Of a DNA stretch of 47,547 nucleotides, positions 1 through 9,468 are shown in pieces. Below the pieces are notes generated by a model, which was not told the DNA's origin, made no database searches, and saw nothing but the letters and a program-made list of their open reading frames with translations. The stretch's first letter is position 1. Every line of letters begins with the position of its first letter. This stretch comes from a virus. Location of the stretch: IMG/VR virus record IMGVR_UViG_3300045988_038566; one strand, 5' to 3'. Made by a program: the position numbers and the translations under genes.

Positions 1-99
1 GTTTTTTTGTTGGAAGAATTGCAGAAATTCATTAGTTCCAAAACGTCTGACATTATTTTGCCAGTGCGAACCAGAACGGGAAGCAACGAAGAAAAAGAA
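1..99. repeat. Terminal overlap, copy 1 (exact duplicate of 47449-47547)
   Basis: Direct comparison: bases 1-99 are identical to 47449-47547. The repeat lies inside an ORF. Confidence 0.95.
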
Positions 100-489
100 A
101 GAGCAGCAGCAGTTTATAAAATGGGGCTGCCGGAAGCAGACGACGTACAACAGAAAGTGCCATACATTCTGTTAAAGTTCCTAACAGGGACGGACGACAA
201 GAAAGCAGGCGAACCAGAGGAAGACAGCTGCAAAGTAAGAATAATATTTGCGGTGTATTCAGAAGATGGGCAGGACGGACCGCTGGCACTTCTCAATCTG
301 ATTTTGAGAGTGCGCAGTGAATTGAAGAAAGCCGGGACAATCGGCGGCGGTCAATTTGCTTTGGAACTGCCGCTGGAATATATCGTATATCAAGACACCA
401 CGCCGCCATATTACATGGGCGAAATGGTGACAAATTGGAGTATGCCAGTCACGCAACGTGATGTGGCAGAGATTTTGCACAATTTATAG
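1..489 (+). CDS. Tail completion / head-tail connector protein, 5'-truncated by window start (true start is ATG 47440 across the circular junction)
   Basis: The frame is open from base 1, in phase with ATG 47440 (GGAGGG RBS at 47425-47430). It lies between the gpZ-like gene and the sheath gene. Function is inferred from position only. Confidence 0.5.
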   Translation, partial: VFLLEELQKFISSKTSDIILPVRTRTGSNEEKERAAAVYKMGLPEADDVQQKVPYILLKFLTGTDDKKAGEPEEDSCKVRIIFAVYSEDGQDGPLALLNLILRVRSELKKAGTIGGGQFALELPLEYIVYQDTTPPYYMGEMVTNWSMPVTQRDVAEILHNL

Positions 490-505
490 ACAGGAGGAAG
501 ACGAA

Positions 506-886
506 ATGGCAAAAGCGACAACAGCAAGCGCCACAGCAGCCGAAAAGGACGCTGAAAAGGTGCAGGCGGTAGAAAATACCACAACAGAAGAAAAAGCCAC
601 AGAAACGGCAAATAAGCAGGAAGGAACAGTAAAGCTGATTTACATTGGACCAAACCTGCCAAAAGCAATGCTACAGTGCAACAAGATTTTTGAGGGAACC
701 AAAGAGGAAATCAAGAAAGAACTTTCTTTCATTCTTGAAAAATTCCCACTGGTAGAAAAAATGCTGGTTCCCACAACGGAACTTGCAGAAAAGAAAGACA
801 AGGTGAAGACAACCGGGAATGTGTACAACAAGTATTATTCCGACTTAAAGGCTGCCGCCCTTGCATACGCAGAACAGGAGGTATAA
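506..886 (+). CDS. Hypothetical virion-module protein (126 aa, acidic Thr/Ala-rich N-terminus)
   Basis: ATG 506 is preceded by AGGAGGAAG. It lies directly upstream of the sheath gene. No recognisable motif. Confidence 0.5.
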   Translation: MAKATTASATAAEKDAEKVQAVENTTTEEKATETANKQEGTVKLIYIGPNLPKAMLQCNKIFEGTKEEIKKELSFILEKFPLVEKMLVPTTELAEKKDKVKTTGNVYNKYYSDLKAAALAYAEQEV

Positions 887-890
887 GCGA

Positions 891-2318
891 ATGAGTGACG
901 TATCACACGGAGTAAACGCCAGCAAGACGAGCAATGGCACAATCACGCCAGTGTCAGTAGATACGGGGGTGCATTTTGTGGTAGGAACTGCGCCAGTACA
1001 GATGGTAAATGGAAAAGTAAATGAAGTGATTATGGCTTCAAGTTACCCAGAAGCAGTGCAGGCGTTGGGGTATTCGGACGACTGGAAGAAATACAGTATT
1101 TGTGAAGAGATTTACACAGCGTTTACGCTTTTTAATTCTGCACAGGTATTCTTTGTGAATGTTCTTGACCCGAAGAAGCACAAAAAGACCGTAGCAGAAG
1201 AGCAGATGGACGTTGTAGACAATCAGATTGAGTTACCACTTGAAGCAATCGCAAGCAGTGTGGAAATCACCGGAAAGACTGCCGGGGAAGACTACGAAGC
1301 ATTTTACAGTGACACAAAATGCGTTGTGGAGTTCTTAAAAGAAGCAACAGGAAAAGTTACCGTAAAATACGACGCCGTGGACGCTTCACAGGTAACAAAA
1401 GATGATATTATCGGAGGTTACAGCGTAAGCACACACAAAACCACAGGACTTGAACTGATTAACAGTGTATTTCCACGCTTCACAAAGGTTCCAGACCTTA
1501 TTTTGTGTCCGAATTGGTCACATGACCCGGAGGTTGCAGCCGTTATGTCTGCAAAGGCAGAGAATATCAACGGACTGTTTGAAGCGGAAGCAATTCTGGA
1601 CGTTGACACAACGGAGAGCGGGGCGACATATTACACAGAGGTGCCGGAGTGGAAGAAGAAAAAGAATTTTACAAAGCGCACGGAAATTCTTTGCTTCCCT
1701 AAAGTTGCGCTGGGTGATAGAATTTTCAATCTTTCAACACAGCTTGCGGCGTCAATGTCAGCCGTAGACAATGCGGAAGAGTACGGCGGCGGCACACCTT
1801 GCGAAAGTGCTTCAAACAAGGGCATACAAGCAGACAGAATGGTTACTGCGGACGGGTCGGAAGTAGTCATGGATATTCAGCAGGCAAACTACTTGAACGA
1901 AAACGGCGTTGTGACCGCACTTAATTTCTTTAATGGCTTTGTAAGCTGGGGAAATTATACGGCTTGTTATCCTGCCAACACAGACGTGACGGACTATTTC
2001 TACTGTATCAACCGTATGTTTAAATGGGTTGCAAAAACTCTGATTTTGACATACTGGAACTATATTGACAGAGGTACTAAAAGACGCCTTATTGACGCCG
2101 TTGTGCAGTCTATCAATGACTGGCTGGCAAGCCTTGCTACTGATGAAAAAATCATTGGCGGGCGTGTAGAGTTCAACGAGAGCGAAAACAGTACAAGTCA
2201 GCTTGCAGCAGGAATTGTACGTTTTCATATCTATATCACACCGCCGTCACCAATGCAGAAGATGGACTTTGTGCTTGAATATGATGTGTCATATCTTGAA
2301 GCACTGGTGGCAGCATAA
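891..2318 (+). CDS. Contractile tail sheath protein
   Basis: 475 aa from ATG 891 (GGAGG at 877-881). Its size and its position immediately before the tube gene fit a sheath, and the sequence resembles the PBSX XkdK / P2 FI sheath class. Confidence 0.88.
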   Translation: MSDVSHGVNASKTSNGTITPVSVDTGVHFVVGTAPVQMVNGKVNEVIMASSYPEAVQALGYSDDWKKYSICEEIYTAFTLFNSAQVFFVNVLDPKKHKKTVAEEQMDVVDNQIELPLEAIASSVEITGKTAGEDYEAFYSDTKCVVEFLKEATGKVTVKYDAVDASQVTKDDIIGGYSVSTHKTTGLELINSVFPRFTKVPDLILCPNWSHDPEVAAVMSAKAENINGLFEAEAILDVDTTESGATYYTEVPEWKKKKNFTKRTEILCFPKVALGDRIFNLSTQLAASMSAVDNAEEYGGGTPCESASNKGIQADRMVTADGSEVVMDIQQANYLNENGVVTALNFFNGFVSWGNYTACYPANTDVTDYFYCINRMFKWVAKTLILTYWNYIDRGTKRRLIDAVVQSINDWLASLATDEKIIGGRVEFNESENSTSQLAAGIVRFHIYITPPSPMQKMDFVLEYDVSYLEALVAA

Positions 2319-2335
2319 CAGGGAGGTGAAACAGA

Positions 2336-2854
2336 ATGTCTAAAGTTGATGAATTAGTTATTAACTATGCGATTTATGAGGACGCCACAGAGTATTTGGG
2401 AACAACAGAAGTAACACTGCCAGACCTTGAATACATGACAGAGGAATTAAGCGGCGCAGGCATTGCGGGAAATATCGAAGAAATTATTATTGGTCACTTA
2501 AACGCAATGTCAACAACTTTCAATTTCCGAACTGTCACAGAAGCAGCAGTAACACTAATGGAACCACGGGTACACAGAATTGACCTGCGTGTTGCACAGC
2601 AGAAAATGAACCTGCGCACAAGTGCAAACGAAGTGTCCGGCGTAAAGCACATTATGAAAGTAAAACCGAAGAAGACGGCACTTGGAAAGGTTGCAGCAGC
2701 TTCAACGGCTGATGTAAGCGGTGAATACGCCGTATCATATTACGCAATGTATATGGACGGAAAGAAAAAGACAGAGATTGACCCGTTAAATTTCATTTGC
2801 ATTATCAATGGCAAAGATTACTTAAAGGACGTCAGAAAAGCATTAGGCAAGTAA
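2336..2854 (+). CDS. Tail tube protein (P2 FII-like)
   Basis: 172 aa. The N-terminal pattern ...YLGTTEVTLPDLEYMTEELSGAGIAGNIEE... resembles major tail tube proteins of contractile tails. It follows the sheath gene. Confidence 0.85.
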   Translation: MSKVDELVINYAIYEDATEYLGTTEVTLPDLEYMTEELSGAGIAGNIEEIIIGHLNAMSTTFNFRTVTEAAVTLMEPRVHRIDLRVAQQKMNLRTSANEVSGVKHIMKVKPKKTALGKVAAASTADVSGEYAVSYYAMYMDGKKKTEIDPLNFICIINGKDYLKDVRKALGK

Positions 2855-2870
2855 AAAAAGACAGCAGGAG

Positions 2871-2895
2871 CCAGCGGGAAGACCGCTGGTTTTTT
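2871..2895 (+). terminator. Rho-independent terminator after the sheath-tube pair
   Basis: Stem CCAGCGG (2871-2877) pairs with CCGCTGG (2883-2889), loop GAAGA, followed by TTTTTT (2890-2895). Confidence 0.7.
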
Positions 2896-2929
2896 CCTGC
2901 CCAAAATCAAAGATATGGAGGAATAAACA

Positions 2930-3352
2930 ATGTCAGATACAACAAATACAACTGAAAACATGGAGCAGGTAACAGAGCAGGAAAAGGAAATGCAGGAAGC
3001 ACAGGCAAGCGGCGTGGTCAATTTTGACGACAAGAAGAAAGACAAGGAAGAAGACGGCAGTTTGAATTATACACACACATTCAAAAAGCCCAGAGAGATT
3101 GAGGGAAAGAAGTATACAAAATTAACTTTCTATTTTGACAATTTAACTGGTGAAGATATTGAAGCAGTAGAACAGGAACTTGCAGACCAGAACAAATATG
3201 CACTTTCACCGGAAATCTCCTCTGCGTTCCAGTGTATTCTTGCGGCAAAAGCTGCGGGGGTTGCTTCTGATGAAATTAGACGTCTTCCGGTAGGTGATTA
3301 CATGAAGATTAAGAACAAAGCAAGGGATTTTTTAATTGCTGCGGGCTATTAA
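2930..3352 (+). CDS. Tail assembly chaperone, 0-frame product (P2 gpE / lambda gpG analogue)
   Basis: 140-aa acidic protein between the tube and tape-measure genes. It carries a slippery site near its 3' end. Confidence 0.75.
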   Translation: MSDTTNTTENMEQVTEQEKEMQEAQASGVVNFDDKKKDKEEDGSLNYTHTFKKPREIEGKKYTKLTFYFDNLTGEDIEAVEQELADQNKYALSPEISSAFQCILAAKAAGVASDEIRRLPVGDYMKIKNKARDFLIAAGY

Positions 3353-3534
3353 AAATTAAAGAACCCGCAAAGTTCATAAGAAAGCAGATATACAAAATGT
3401 CAAGGGCTTCACATACGCCCGTCCCGTTCTGGCTGCAAATGCCTATACGCAGACTTTTTGCATGGATTGAAACCATAAATGAAGTGGAAAAAGAAGAAGC
3501 GGAAGAGCAGAAACAGAACAGCAATAATGCGTAG
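2930..3534 (+). CDS. Tail assembly chaperone, -1 frameshift-extended product, join(2930..3334,3334..3534), about 201 aa
   Basis: After the heptamer T TTT TTA (3328-3334) the -1 frame stays open for 66 codons and ends at TAG 3532-3534, 14 nt before the tape-measure start. The otherwise uncovered 3353-3548 gap is filled by this frame. Confidence 0.6.
3328..3334 (+). promoter_or_regulatory. Programmed -1 ribosomal frameshift slippery heptamer (T TTT TTA)
   Basis: X XXY YYZ pattern in the 0 frame of the chaperone ORF (codons GAT TTT TTA). Confidence 0.6.
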
Positions 3535-3548
3535 GGAGGTGAAACAGC

Positions 3549-6500
3549 TTGGCAGGGTCACAAAAGGAATTTGAACTGCTTTTTAAGCTGAAAGCGTCGC
3601 TGGGTAGCAATTTTAACAGCACATTCAAAAGCGCAATTAACACCAATAACCAGTTACGGGACAGCTTAAAAAATGTCAATTCCCTGCAATCAAAGATTGA
3701 CGGCTACACAAAGCAGTCTGCCGCTATTGATAAGAACAAAGAACGGCTGGCGCAGCTTAACGCAGAGCATGACCGATTACAGCAGGAATTGCAGCAGACA
3801 GGCGAACCCACAGAAGCACTGCGGAAGAAGCTTGAAAAGAATGAAAACCAGATACAACAGACCACTGCCAAAATCGAAGAACAGGAAAAACAATTAAACA
3901 GTTATGCCGACGAACTGAAAGCAGCCGGAGTAAATACGGATAATCTGGAAGAAGCCAACGGAAGACTGCAAAAGTCTTATGAAAAGCTACAAACTTCACA
4001 GCAGACGTTGCAAAAATTGAATGACAAGCAACAGCAGGTAGAACAGAGCATTTCAAAGACAAAAGGACAACTACTGGGGACTATTGGCGCAATTAGTGCC
4101 GTAGCCGCCGCAGTGTATGCAGGACCCGTGCAGGCAGCACAGCAGTACGAAAAAGCAATAGCAAAGGTGGGAACCATTGCAGATACGCAGGAAGTCCCAC
4201 TGGGCACATTGTCACAACAGATAATGGAACTGTCAAACAAGACAGGAATTGCAGCCAACGCCATTGCTGATGATGTGTACAACGCTATATCTGCCGGACA
4301 GAAGACAGGTGACGCCGTAAACTTTGTTACAAACAGTACGAAGTTAGCAAAAGCCGGATTTGCGGAAAGTTCGCAAACGCTGGACGTATTAACAACCGTA
4401 TTGAACGCATACGGCATGAGTGCGGACAAAGTAAGCACGGTATCAGATATGCTGGTACAGACGCAGAACAAAGGTAAAGTGACAGTAGGAGAACTGGCAA
4501 GCAGTATGGGTAAAATCATACCAACTGCAAACGCCAGCAATGTTTCACTGGAACAGTTATGCGCCGGATATGCAATAATGACCAGCAAAGGTATTGCAGC
4601 CGCAGAAACGACAACATACATGAACAGTATGTTAAATGAGTTGTCAAAGTCTGGAAGTACGACAGACAAGCTATTGCGGCAGAAGATGGGCGGCAGCTTT
4701 GCAGAATTGATGGCAAGCGGCAAATCGCTTGGGGAAATTCTGGGAGGTATACAGGAAGAAGCCAGCAAGTCTGGTCTTGCCCTATCTGATATGTTCAGCA
4801 GTTCAGAAGCCGGAAAAGCGGCAATGTCGCTTCTGTCAAACGGAGTTGACGGCTTCAATTCAAGCGTACAAGACATGGTAAACAGCGTTGGGGCAACAGA
4901 CAGCGCATTTGCCAAAATGGAAGACACCACAGAAGCCAAAATGGAAAAGGCAAAGAACAGTATAGCAAACTTGGGTATTGTTCTTGGTCAAAACTTACTG
5001 CCGATTGTAGGAAATTTGGCAGACAAAGTGGCGGTGGTGGTCACTAAAGTTTCAGAATTTGCAGCAGCAAACCCAAAATTGGTGCAAACAGCCCTAAAGG
5101 TAGCGGCAGGGCTGGCGGCATTGAAAGTGGGAATGTTGACAACAAAGCTGGTTACATTATCAGCGCAAGACGGCATATTGTCACTGGCAAAAAAACTGCT
5201 GGGACTGCGTGCCGGATTTATTGAAAACGCAGCAACAAGCGTAAGTTTTGCGGAAAAGCTGAAAACAGCTGGAAGCGGTATATTGTCATACTTTGGCAAT
5301 GTAAAAGGCGCTATGGGCGGCGTAGGTTCTGCAATAGGTAATATATTCAGTGGCAACAGAGTTGTTGGAGCAGTAACAGGCTTTATGGGCGGCGTGAAGC
5401 AGTCCATTGTCAGCGGCTTTTTAGGAATTGCAGGAAAAGCAAGCGGAGCATTGACAGGAGCCGGAACAAAAATGCTGGGACTTATGCTGAAACCATTTTC
5501 GTTGATTGGCGGCAAGCTGGGTCCGATACTTGGAACGGTAGGCAGTGCGATTGCAAACAGCCCACTTGGAAAAGTAGGCGGCTTCATAACAAAGGGAATT
5601 ACCGGAGCATTTAGCAAGGCAACAACACTGATTGCACCGCTGGGAAATGCGGTAAAAACGGTGCTGGGTCCTATTGGAAACCTTGCAAAAACAGCACTGG
5701 GACCGCTTGGAGGTATTGCAGGAAAGATACTGCCAGTTGTGGGCGTTATCACAACAATTATTACAGTAATACAGCTTGTAAAGAACCATCTTGAAGAGAT
5801 AAGGGGATTTATACAGCGGACTTTTGGTGATGAAGCACTGGCAGTCTTTGACAAGATTGTTTCAATCATTACCAACATAGGCGACACCATAAAGAATGTG
5901 TTTTCTGATGGGAACATAGGTGCAGCCCGTGACAAGATACAAGAATTGTTCGGAGATAAAGGCGCAGCAGTCTTTGACACGTTTGTAAATGTGCTGGGAA
6001 CAGTAAAGAACGCAGTTTCAGAGGTTGTGGGCTTTATAACCACATACGTTGTGCCAGTTGCAGAACAGGTATTGCAGGTAATTGTCACACAGGTAATACC
6101 GGGGATTGTTAGTTTTATTCAAGCGGCAGCCCCAACCATTATGCAGATTATACAAAGCATTGCTGATTTTATCGGTGCAATTATTCCGGTGATAGGAAGT
6201 TTCATTGCTGGTCTTATGCCGATTATTTCAGAAATAATCACATTCATTTCAACTTATGTTTTGCCGATTATTTCAGAATTATTCAGCTTTATTTGTAGCA
6301 CGGTGCTTCCGGCAATTTCCGCAGCAATTCAAGCAATTTTGCCAGTGGTGACAAACGTATTGCAAACGCTTTTACCTGCGATACAAACAGCACTGACAAC
6401 AATCTGGAACATAGTTTCACCGATAATTCAAGGAATTTTAGCGGCAATACAATTTGTAATGCCAACAATCCAGTCTATCGTACAAAGCGGAGTTCAAGCA

Positions 6501-7196
6501 ATTTCCGGTGTAATTTCTGGAATTGCAACCGTACTGAATGGAATTATCACTTTCATAACTGGTGTATTTTCCGGGAACTGGCGGCAGGCTTGGGAGGGCA
6601 TAAAGCAAATATTTTCTGGAATTTGGCAGGGTATCAAGTCAGTGTGTACAGGAGTTATCAACGGCATTATATCTGCGGTCAACACGGTTATACGTGGATT
6701 GAACAAAGTAAAAGTGCCAGACTGGGTGCCGGGCGTAGGTGGAAAGGGTATAAACATATCTGAAATACCTATGCTGGCGAAAGGTTCCAAAAATACACCA
6801 GACACGTTCATTGCCGGTGAAGCGGGACCAGAGTTAATCACGAACGCACCGGGGCGCACGGTGTTTACAGCAGACCAGACAAGAAACATTCTGGCTGCAC
6901 AGAATACGGCAGCCACAACAGCGGCAGCAGTAGCGCCAACAGCAGCACAGACCACAACAACACCGCAGACGGTGAACAACTACAACACAGCGCCAGAGGT
7001 AACAGCGGGCGCAGGAAGCGGCGGTGGAAGTGCAAACAATGTAACTATCAACAACAGTCCGACAATCGTTATCAACGGGGACAAGCCGGAAGACTTGGAC
7101 GCAAAACTGGAAGAGAACAACAGAAAGTTGCTGCGTGACGTTGAAGACCTGCTGGACGAAAAAGAAGACAAGGAGAAGCGGCAGAAATATGACTAA
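3549..7196 (+). CDS. Tail tape measure protein
   Basis: 1215 aa. It has an N-terminal coiled coil, a TP901-type core-like segment (IADDVYNAISAG..., VGELASSMGK) and long Gly/Ala/Ile-rich hydrophobic repeats. TTG start 3549 follows GGGAGGTG. Confidence 0.9.
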   Translation: MAGSQKEFELLFKLKASLGSNFNSTFKSAINTNNQLRDSLKNVNSLQSKIDGYTKQSAAIDKNKERLAQLNAEHDRLQQELQQTGEPTEALRKKLEKNENQIQQTTAKIEEQEKQLNSYADELKAAGVNTDNLEEANGRLQKSYEKLQTSQQTLQKLNDKQQQVEQSISKTKGQLLGTIGAISAVAAAVYAGPVQAAQQYEKAIAKVGTIADTQEVPLGTLSQQIMELSNKTGIAANAIADDVYNAISAGQKTGDAVNFVTNSTKLAKAGFAESSQTLDVLTTVLNAYGMSADKVSTVSDMLVQTQNKGKVTVGELASSMGKIIPTANASNVSLEQLCAGYAIMTSKGIAAAETTTYMNSMLNELSKSGSTTDKLLRQKMGGSFAELMASGKSLGEILGGIQEEASKSGLALSDMFSSSEAGKAAMSLLSNGVDGFNSSVQDMVNSVGATDSAFAKMEDTTEAKMEKAKNSIANLGIVLGQNLLPIVGNLADKVAVVVTKVSEFAAANPKLVQTALKVAAGLAALKVGMLTTKLVTLSAQDGILSLAKKLLGLRAGFIENAATSVSFAEKLKTAGSGILSYFGNVKGAMGGVGSAIGNIFSGNRVVGAVTGFMGGVKQSIVSGFLGIAGKASGALTGAGTKMLGLMLKPFSLIGGKLGPILGTVGSAIANSPLGKVGGFITKGITGAFSKATTLIAPLGNAVKTVLGPIGNLAKTALGPLGGIAGKILPVVGVITTIITVIQLVKNHLEEIRGFIQRTFGDEALAVFDKIVSIITNIGDTIKNVFSDGNIGAARDKIQELFGDKGAAVFDTFVNVLGTVKNAVSEVVGFITTYVVPVAEQVLQVIVTQVIPGIVSFIQAAAPTIMQIIQSIADFIGAIIPVIGSFIAGLMPIISEIITFISTYVLPIISELFSFICSTVLPAISAAIQAILPVVTNVLQTLLPAIQTALTTIWNIVSPIIQGILAAIQFVMPTIQSIVQSGVQAISGVISGIATVLNGIITFITGVFSGNWRQAWEGIKQIFSGIWQGIKSVCTGVINGIISAVNTVIRGLNKVKVPDWVPGVGGKGINISEIPMLAKGSKNTPDTFIAGEAGPELITNAPGRTVFTADQTRNILAAQNTAATTAAAVAPTAAQTTTTPQTVNNYNTAPEVTAGAGSGGGSANNVTINNSPTIVINGDKPEDLDAKLEENNRKLLRDVEDLLDEKEDKEKRQKYD

Positions 7197-7404
7197 AAGC
7201 TACACAACCATATCTGGGGATATGTGGGACAAGATAGCATTTGAACAAATGGGAAGTGTCCTGCATACAGATAAGCTGATGAAAGCCAATGTCAAGTACG
7301 CCAGCACCTACGTTTTCCCTGCCGGGGTTGTATTAACAATCCCGGAAGTGGAAGACGAAGAAGACTTGGAACTGCCACCGTGGAAAAGGGGGCTGCTGAC
7401 GTAG
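7189..7404 (+). CDS. Tail protein X-like (small LysM-like protein)
   Basis: 71 aa from ATG 7189, overlapping the tape-measure stop. MTKSYTTISGDMWDKIAFEQMG... resembles the P2 gpX family. Conserved position between TMP and gpD. Confidence 0.65.
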   Translation: MTKSYTTISGDMWDKIAFEQMGSVLHTDKLMKANVKYASTYVFPAGVVLTIPEVEDEEDLELPPWKRGLLT

Positions 7405-7405
7405 A

Positions 7406-8704
7406 ATGAGCGCAAAAGACATGGCACGCCGGGTGGAACTGCGGTTGAAATTTCAAAACGTAAAAGTCCCGGCAGATATAAATAAATATTTAAGCAGCCT
7501 TACTTTCACCGACGAAGACGAAGACAACGCAGACGATTTGCAGCTTGCGTTTGATGATAGAGAAAGAAAGTGGCTGGGAAGCTGGCTGGAAGTAAAGCCG
7601 ACTTTTATTAAAACCACAACGACGGTGCAAAAGCAGGTTGAAGCTGCAAGCGTTGTCAATTATGTGGTCAAAAAAGGTGATACGCTTTGGGCTATTGCCA
7701 AAAAGTATCTGGGAAGCGGTACAAAATACCCGCAGATTGCTTCTGAAAACAATATTAAAAACCCTAACTTAATATATCCGGGGCAGGTTTTCAAAATCAC
7801 AACGGGCGGTACAGCAACACAGACGGTCACAGAAACGAAAGAAACAACAAAGAAAGTGTCTGACCCTAAATTGATAACAGCAACGATTGTTCAGAAGAAC
7901 TGGCACGACAACGGCAAAGACGCCGTGCTGGACTGCGGGACATTTGAACTGGACAGCGTAGACGCCAGCGGACCGCCAACAAAAATCACACTAAAGGGCA
8001 CGTCAATTCCTTATACTTCAAAAATGAGAGTAGAAAGAAAATCAAAGGCGTGGGAAAACACCAATTTGAAAGTGATTGCGGAGCAGATAGCGTCCGAAAG
8101 CAACTTGAAACTGATGTACATTGCGGACAATATACCAAAGTACAAAAGAAAAGAGCAGGTACAGACGTCGGACATTGTGTTTTTACAGAAATTATGTAAA
8201 GCGGCAGGGCTTGCGCTGAAAGTAACCACAATGAATGTGGTTATCTATGACGCCGCAGAGTATGACAGCAAGCCACCTATAAAAACCATAAAATATGGCA
8301 GCGGTGATTATATTTCATACAAGCTGGGAACCAGCCTGCATGATACAGCATACACCAGCTGCCATGTTTCGTATACGGACCCGGACAGCAAAGAAACGAT
8401 TGAAAGCACGTACACGGCAGACAGCACAGAGGGAACCGGGCAAACACTTGAAGTCAACGAAAAGGTCAGAAGCACAAATGAAGCATACGAACTGGCAAAA
8501 AAACGGCTACGTGAAAAGAACACACAGCAGTTTACAGCAAGTTTCACAATGCTTGGTGATGTGCAGCTGGTGGCAGGTGCCACAGTCAAATTAAAAGGCT
8601 TCCAGAAGTTTGACAGAAAGTACAAGATTACCAAAGCGACCCACAAATTGACGGGAGGATATACAACACAGATTGAATTACAACAGGTATTGGAGGGCTA
8701 CTAA
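7406..8704 (+). CDS. Late-control-D-like tail/baseplate hub protein with an inserted LysM domain
   Basis: 432 aa. It resembles gpD/XkdQ over its N-terminal about 60 aa and C-terminal about 290 aa. A LysM motif (YVVKKGDTLWAIAKKYLGSGTKYPQIASENNIKNPNLIYPGQVFKI) is inserted at about aa 85-130. Confidence 0.8.
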   Translation: MSAKDMARRVELRLKFQNVKVPADINKYLSSLTFTDEDEDNADDLQLAFDDRERKWLGSWLEVKPTFIKTTTTVQKQVEAASVVNYVVKKGDTLWAIAKKYLGSGTKYPQIASENNIKNPNLIYPGQVFKITTGGTATQTVTETKETTKKVSDPKLITATIVQKNWHDNGKDAVLDCGTFELDSVDASGPPTKITLKGTSIPYTSKMRVERKSKAWENTNLKVIAEQIASESNLKLMYIADNIPKYKRKEQVQTSDIVFLQKLCKAAGLALKVTTMNVVIYDAAEYDSKPPIKTIKYGSGDYISYKLGTSLHDTAYTSCHVSYTDPDSKETIESTYTADSTEGTGQTLEVNEKVRSTNEAYELAKKRLREKNTQQFTASFTMLGDVQLVAGATVKLKGFQKFDRKYKITKATHKLTGGYTTQIELQQVLEGY

Positions 8705-9054
8705 TGGCAGACATGACAGAGTTAAAAAACATAGTGCGGCTTGGCACCGTGCAGAGTGTGAACGCCAGCAAAATGACAGCCCGTGTGAAGTTCAAGGACA
8801 AAGGCGGTATCACTTCCGGTGATTTAAGAATTATAAAACGCCCAGTGTACGTTGTGCCAGCAATGGAAAGCGGGGCAGAGGGGCAGACAGCAAAAACAAC
8901 ACTGAAATATGACTACAACGGGCAAATGTTAAAAGAAGTAAGTCACAACCATGAAGCATTTGTGACAGAGTGGACGCCGGGCGTCAATGACTTGGTGCTT
9001 TGCATAATGGTTCCAGACGGCGACGGCGACGGCTTCATAATTGGGGAGGTGTAG
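8704..9054 (+). CDS. Baseplate spike / assembly protein V-like (small OB-fold type)
   Basis: 116 aa. GTVQSVNASKMTARVKFKD...WTPGVNDLVLCIMVPDGDGDGFIIG matches the gpV/Mu gp45 pattern. ATG overlaps the upstream stop. Confidence 0.65.
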   Translation: MADMTELKNIVRLGTVQSVNASKMTARVKFKDKGGITSGDLRIIKRPVYVVPAMESGAEGQTAKTTLKYDYNGQMLKEVSHNHEAFVTEWTPGVNDLVLCIMVPDGDGDGFIIGEV

Positions 9055-9057
9055 AGC

Positions 9058-9462
9058 ATGGCAAAAATAGGAAGTCTGGGAAGTCTGGTTTTTTCAGTTT
9101 CAGAAAACACCGTGTGCACCTTTGATGAATTAAGCTGGAAAGTGTCTGCAAAGTATGCGACGCACGACAGACACATTAAGCGTGACGTATTGGAGTTTTT
9201 AGGACCGGAACCCGGAACAATCAGTTTCAAAATGGCGTTCAGTGTATTTCATGGAACAAACCCACTGAATGAAATTAAGAAATTGAACAAAATGTGCAAC
9301 AAGGGCAATGTTTCAACACTGGTTTTAGGTGGCAAGAAATACGGTTCTTATAAGTGGGTAATAACAGGCGTTAGCAGCACATTGAAACGCTATGACAACA
9401 AAGGCAACTGCTGGGCTGCGACAGCAGACGTGACACTAAAAGAATATCCAAAAAAGAGGTGA
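9058..9462 (+). CDS. P2 GpU-like tail protein
   Basis: 134 aa. LGSLVFSV...LEFLGPEPGTISFKMAF...YKWVITGVSS... aligns by eye with the P2 gpU pattern. Confidence 0.6.
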   Translation: MAKIGSLGSLVFSVSENTVCTFDELSWKVSAKYATHDRHIKRDVLEFLGPEPGTISFKMAFSVFHGTNPLNEIKKLNKMCNKGNVSTLVLGGKKYGSYKWVITGVSSTLKRYDNKGNCWAATADVTLKEYPKKR

Positions 9463-9468
9463 TGAAAC

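Noticed and set aside
1-99. The 99-bp terminal repeats as biological direct terminal repeats or LTR-like ends of a mobile element
   Set aside because: The repeat interrupts a structural gene that reads continuously across the junction. The terminase is lambda/cos-type. An exact k-mer-sized overlap is the usual signature of a circularised assembly.
3549-7196. Gly/Ala/Ile-rich internal periodicity in the tape measure gene as a tandem DNA repeat or a second diversification target
   Set aside because: The periodicity is at the peptide-composition level only, and I saw no exact nucleotide repeats. There is no similarity to the TR. Such hydrophobic repeats are normal for tape measure proteins.
8704-9462. 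Possible read-through fusion of the gpV-like and gpU-like genes, which are in the same frame and separated only by TAG plus one codon
   Set aside because: The downstream gene has its own GGGGAGGTG RBS and ATG. Both products match separate, well-known protein families. Nothing else supports read-through.
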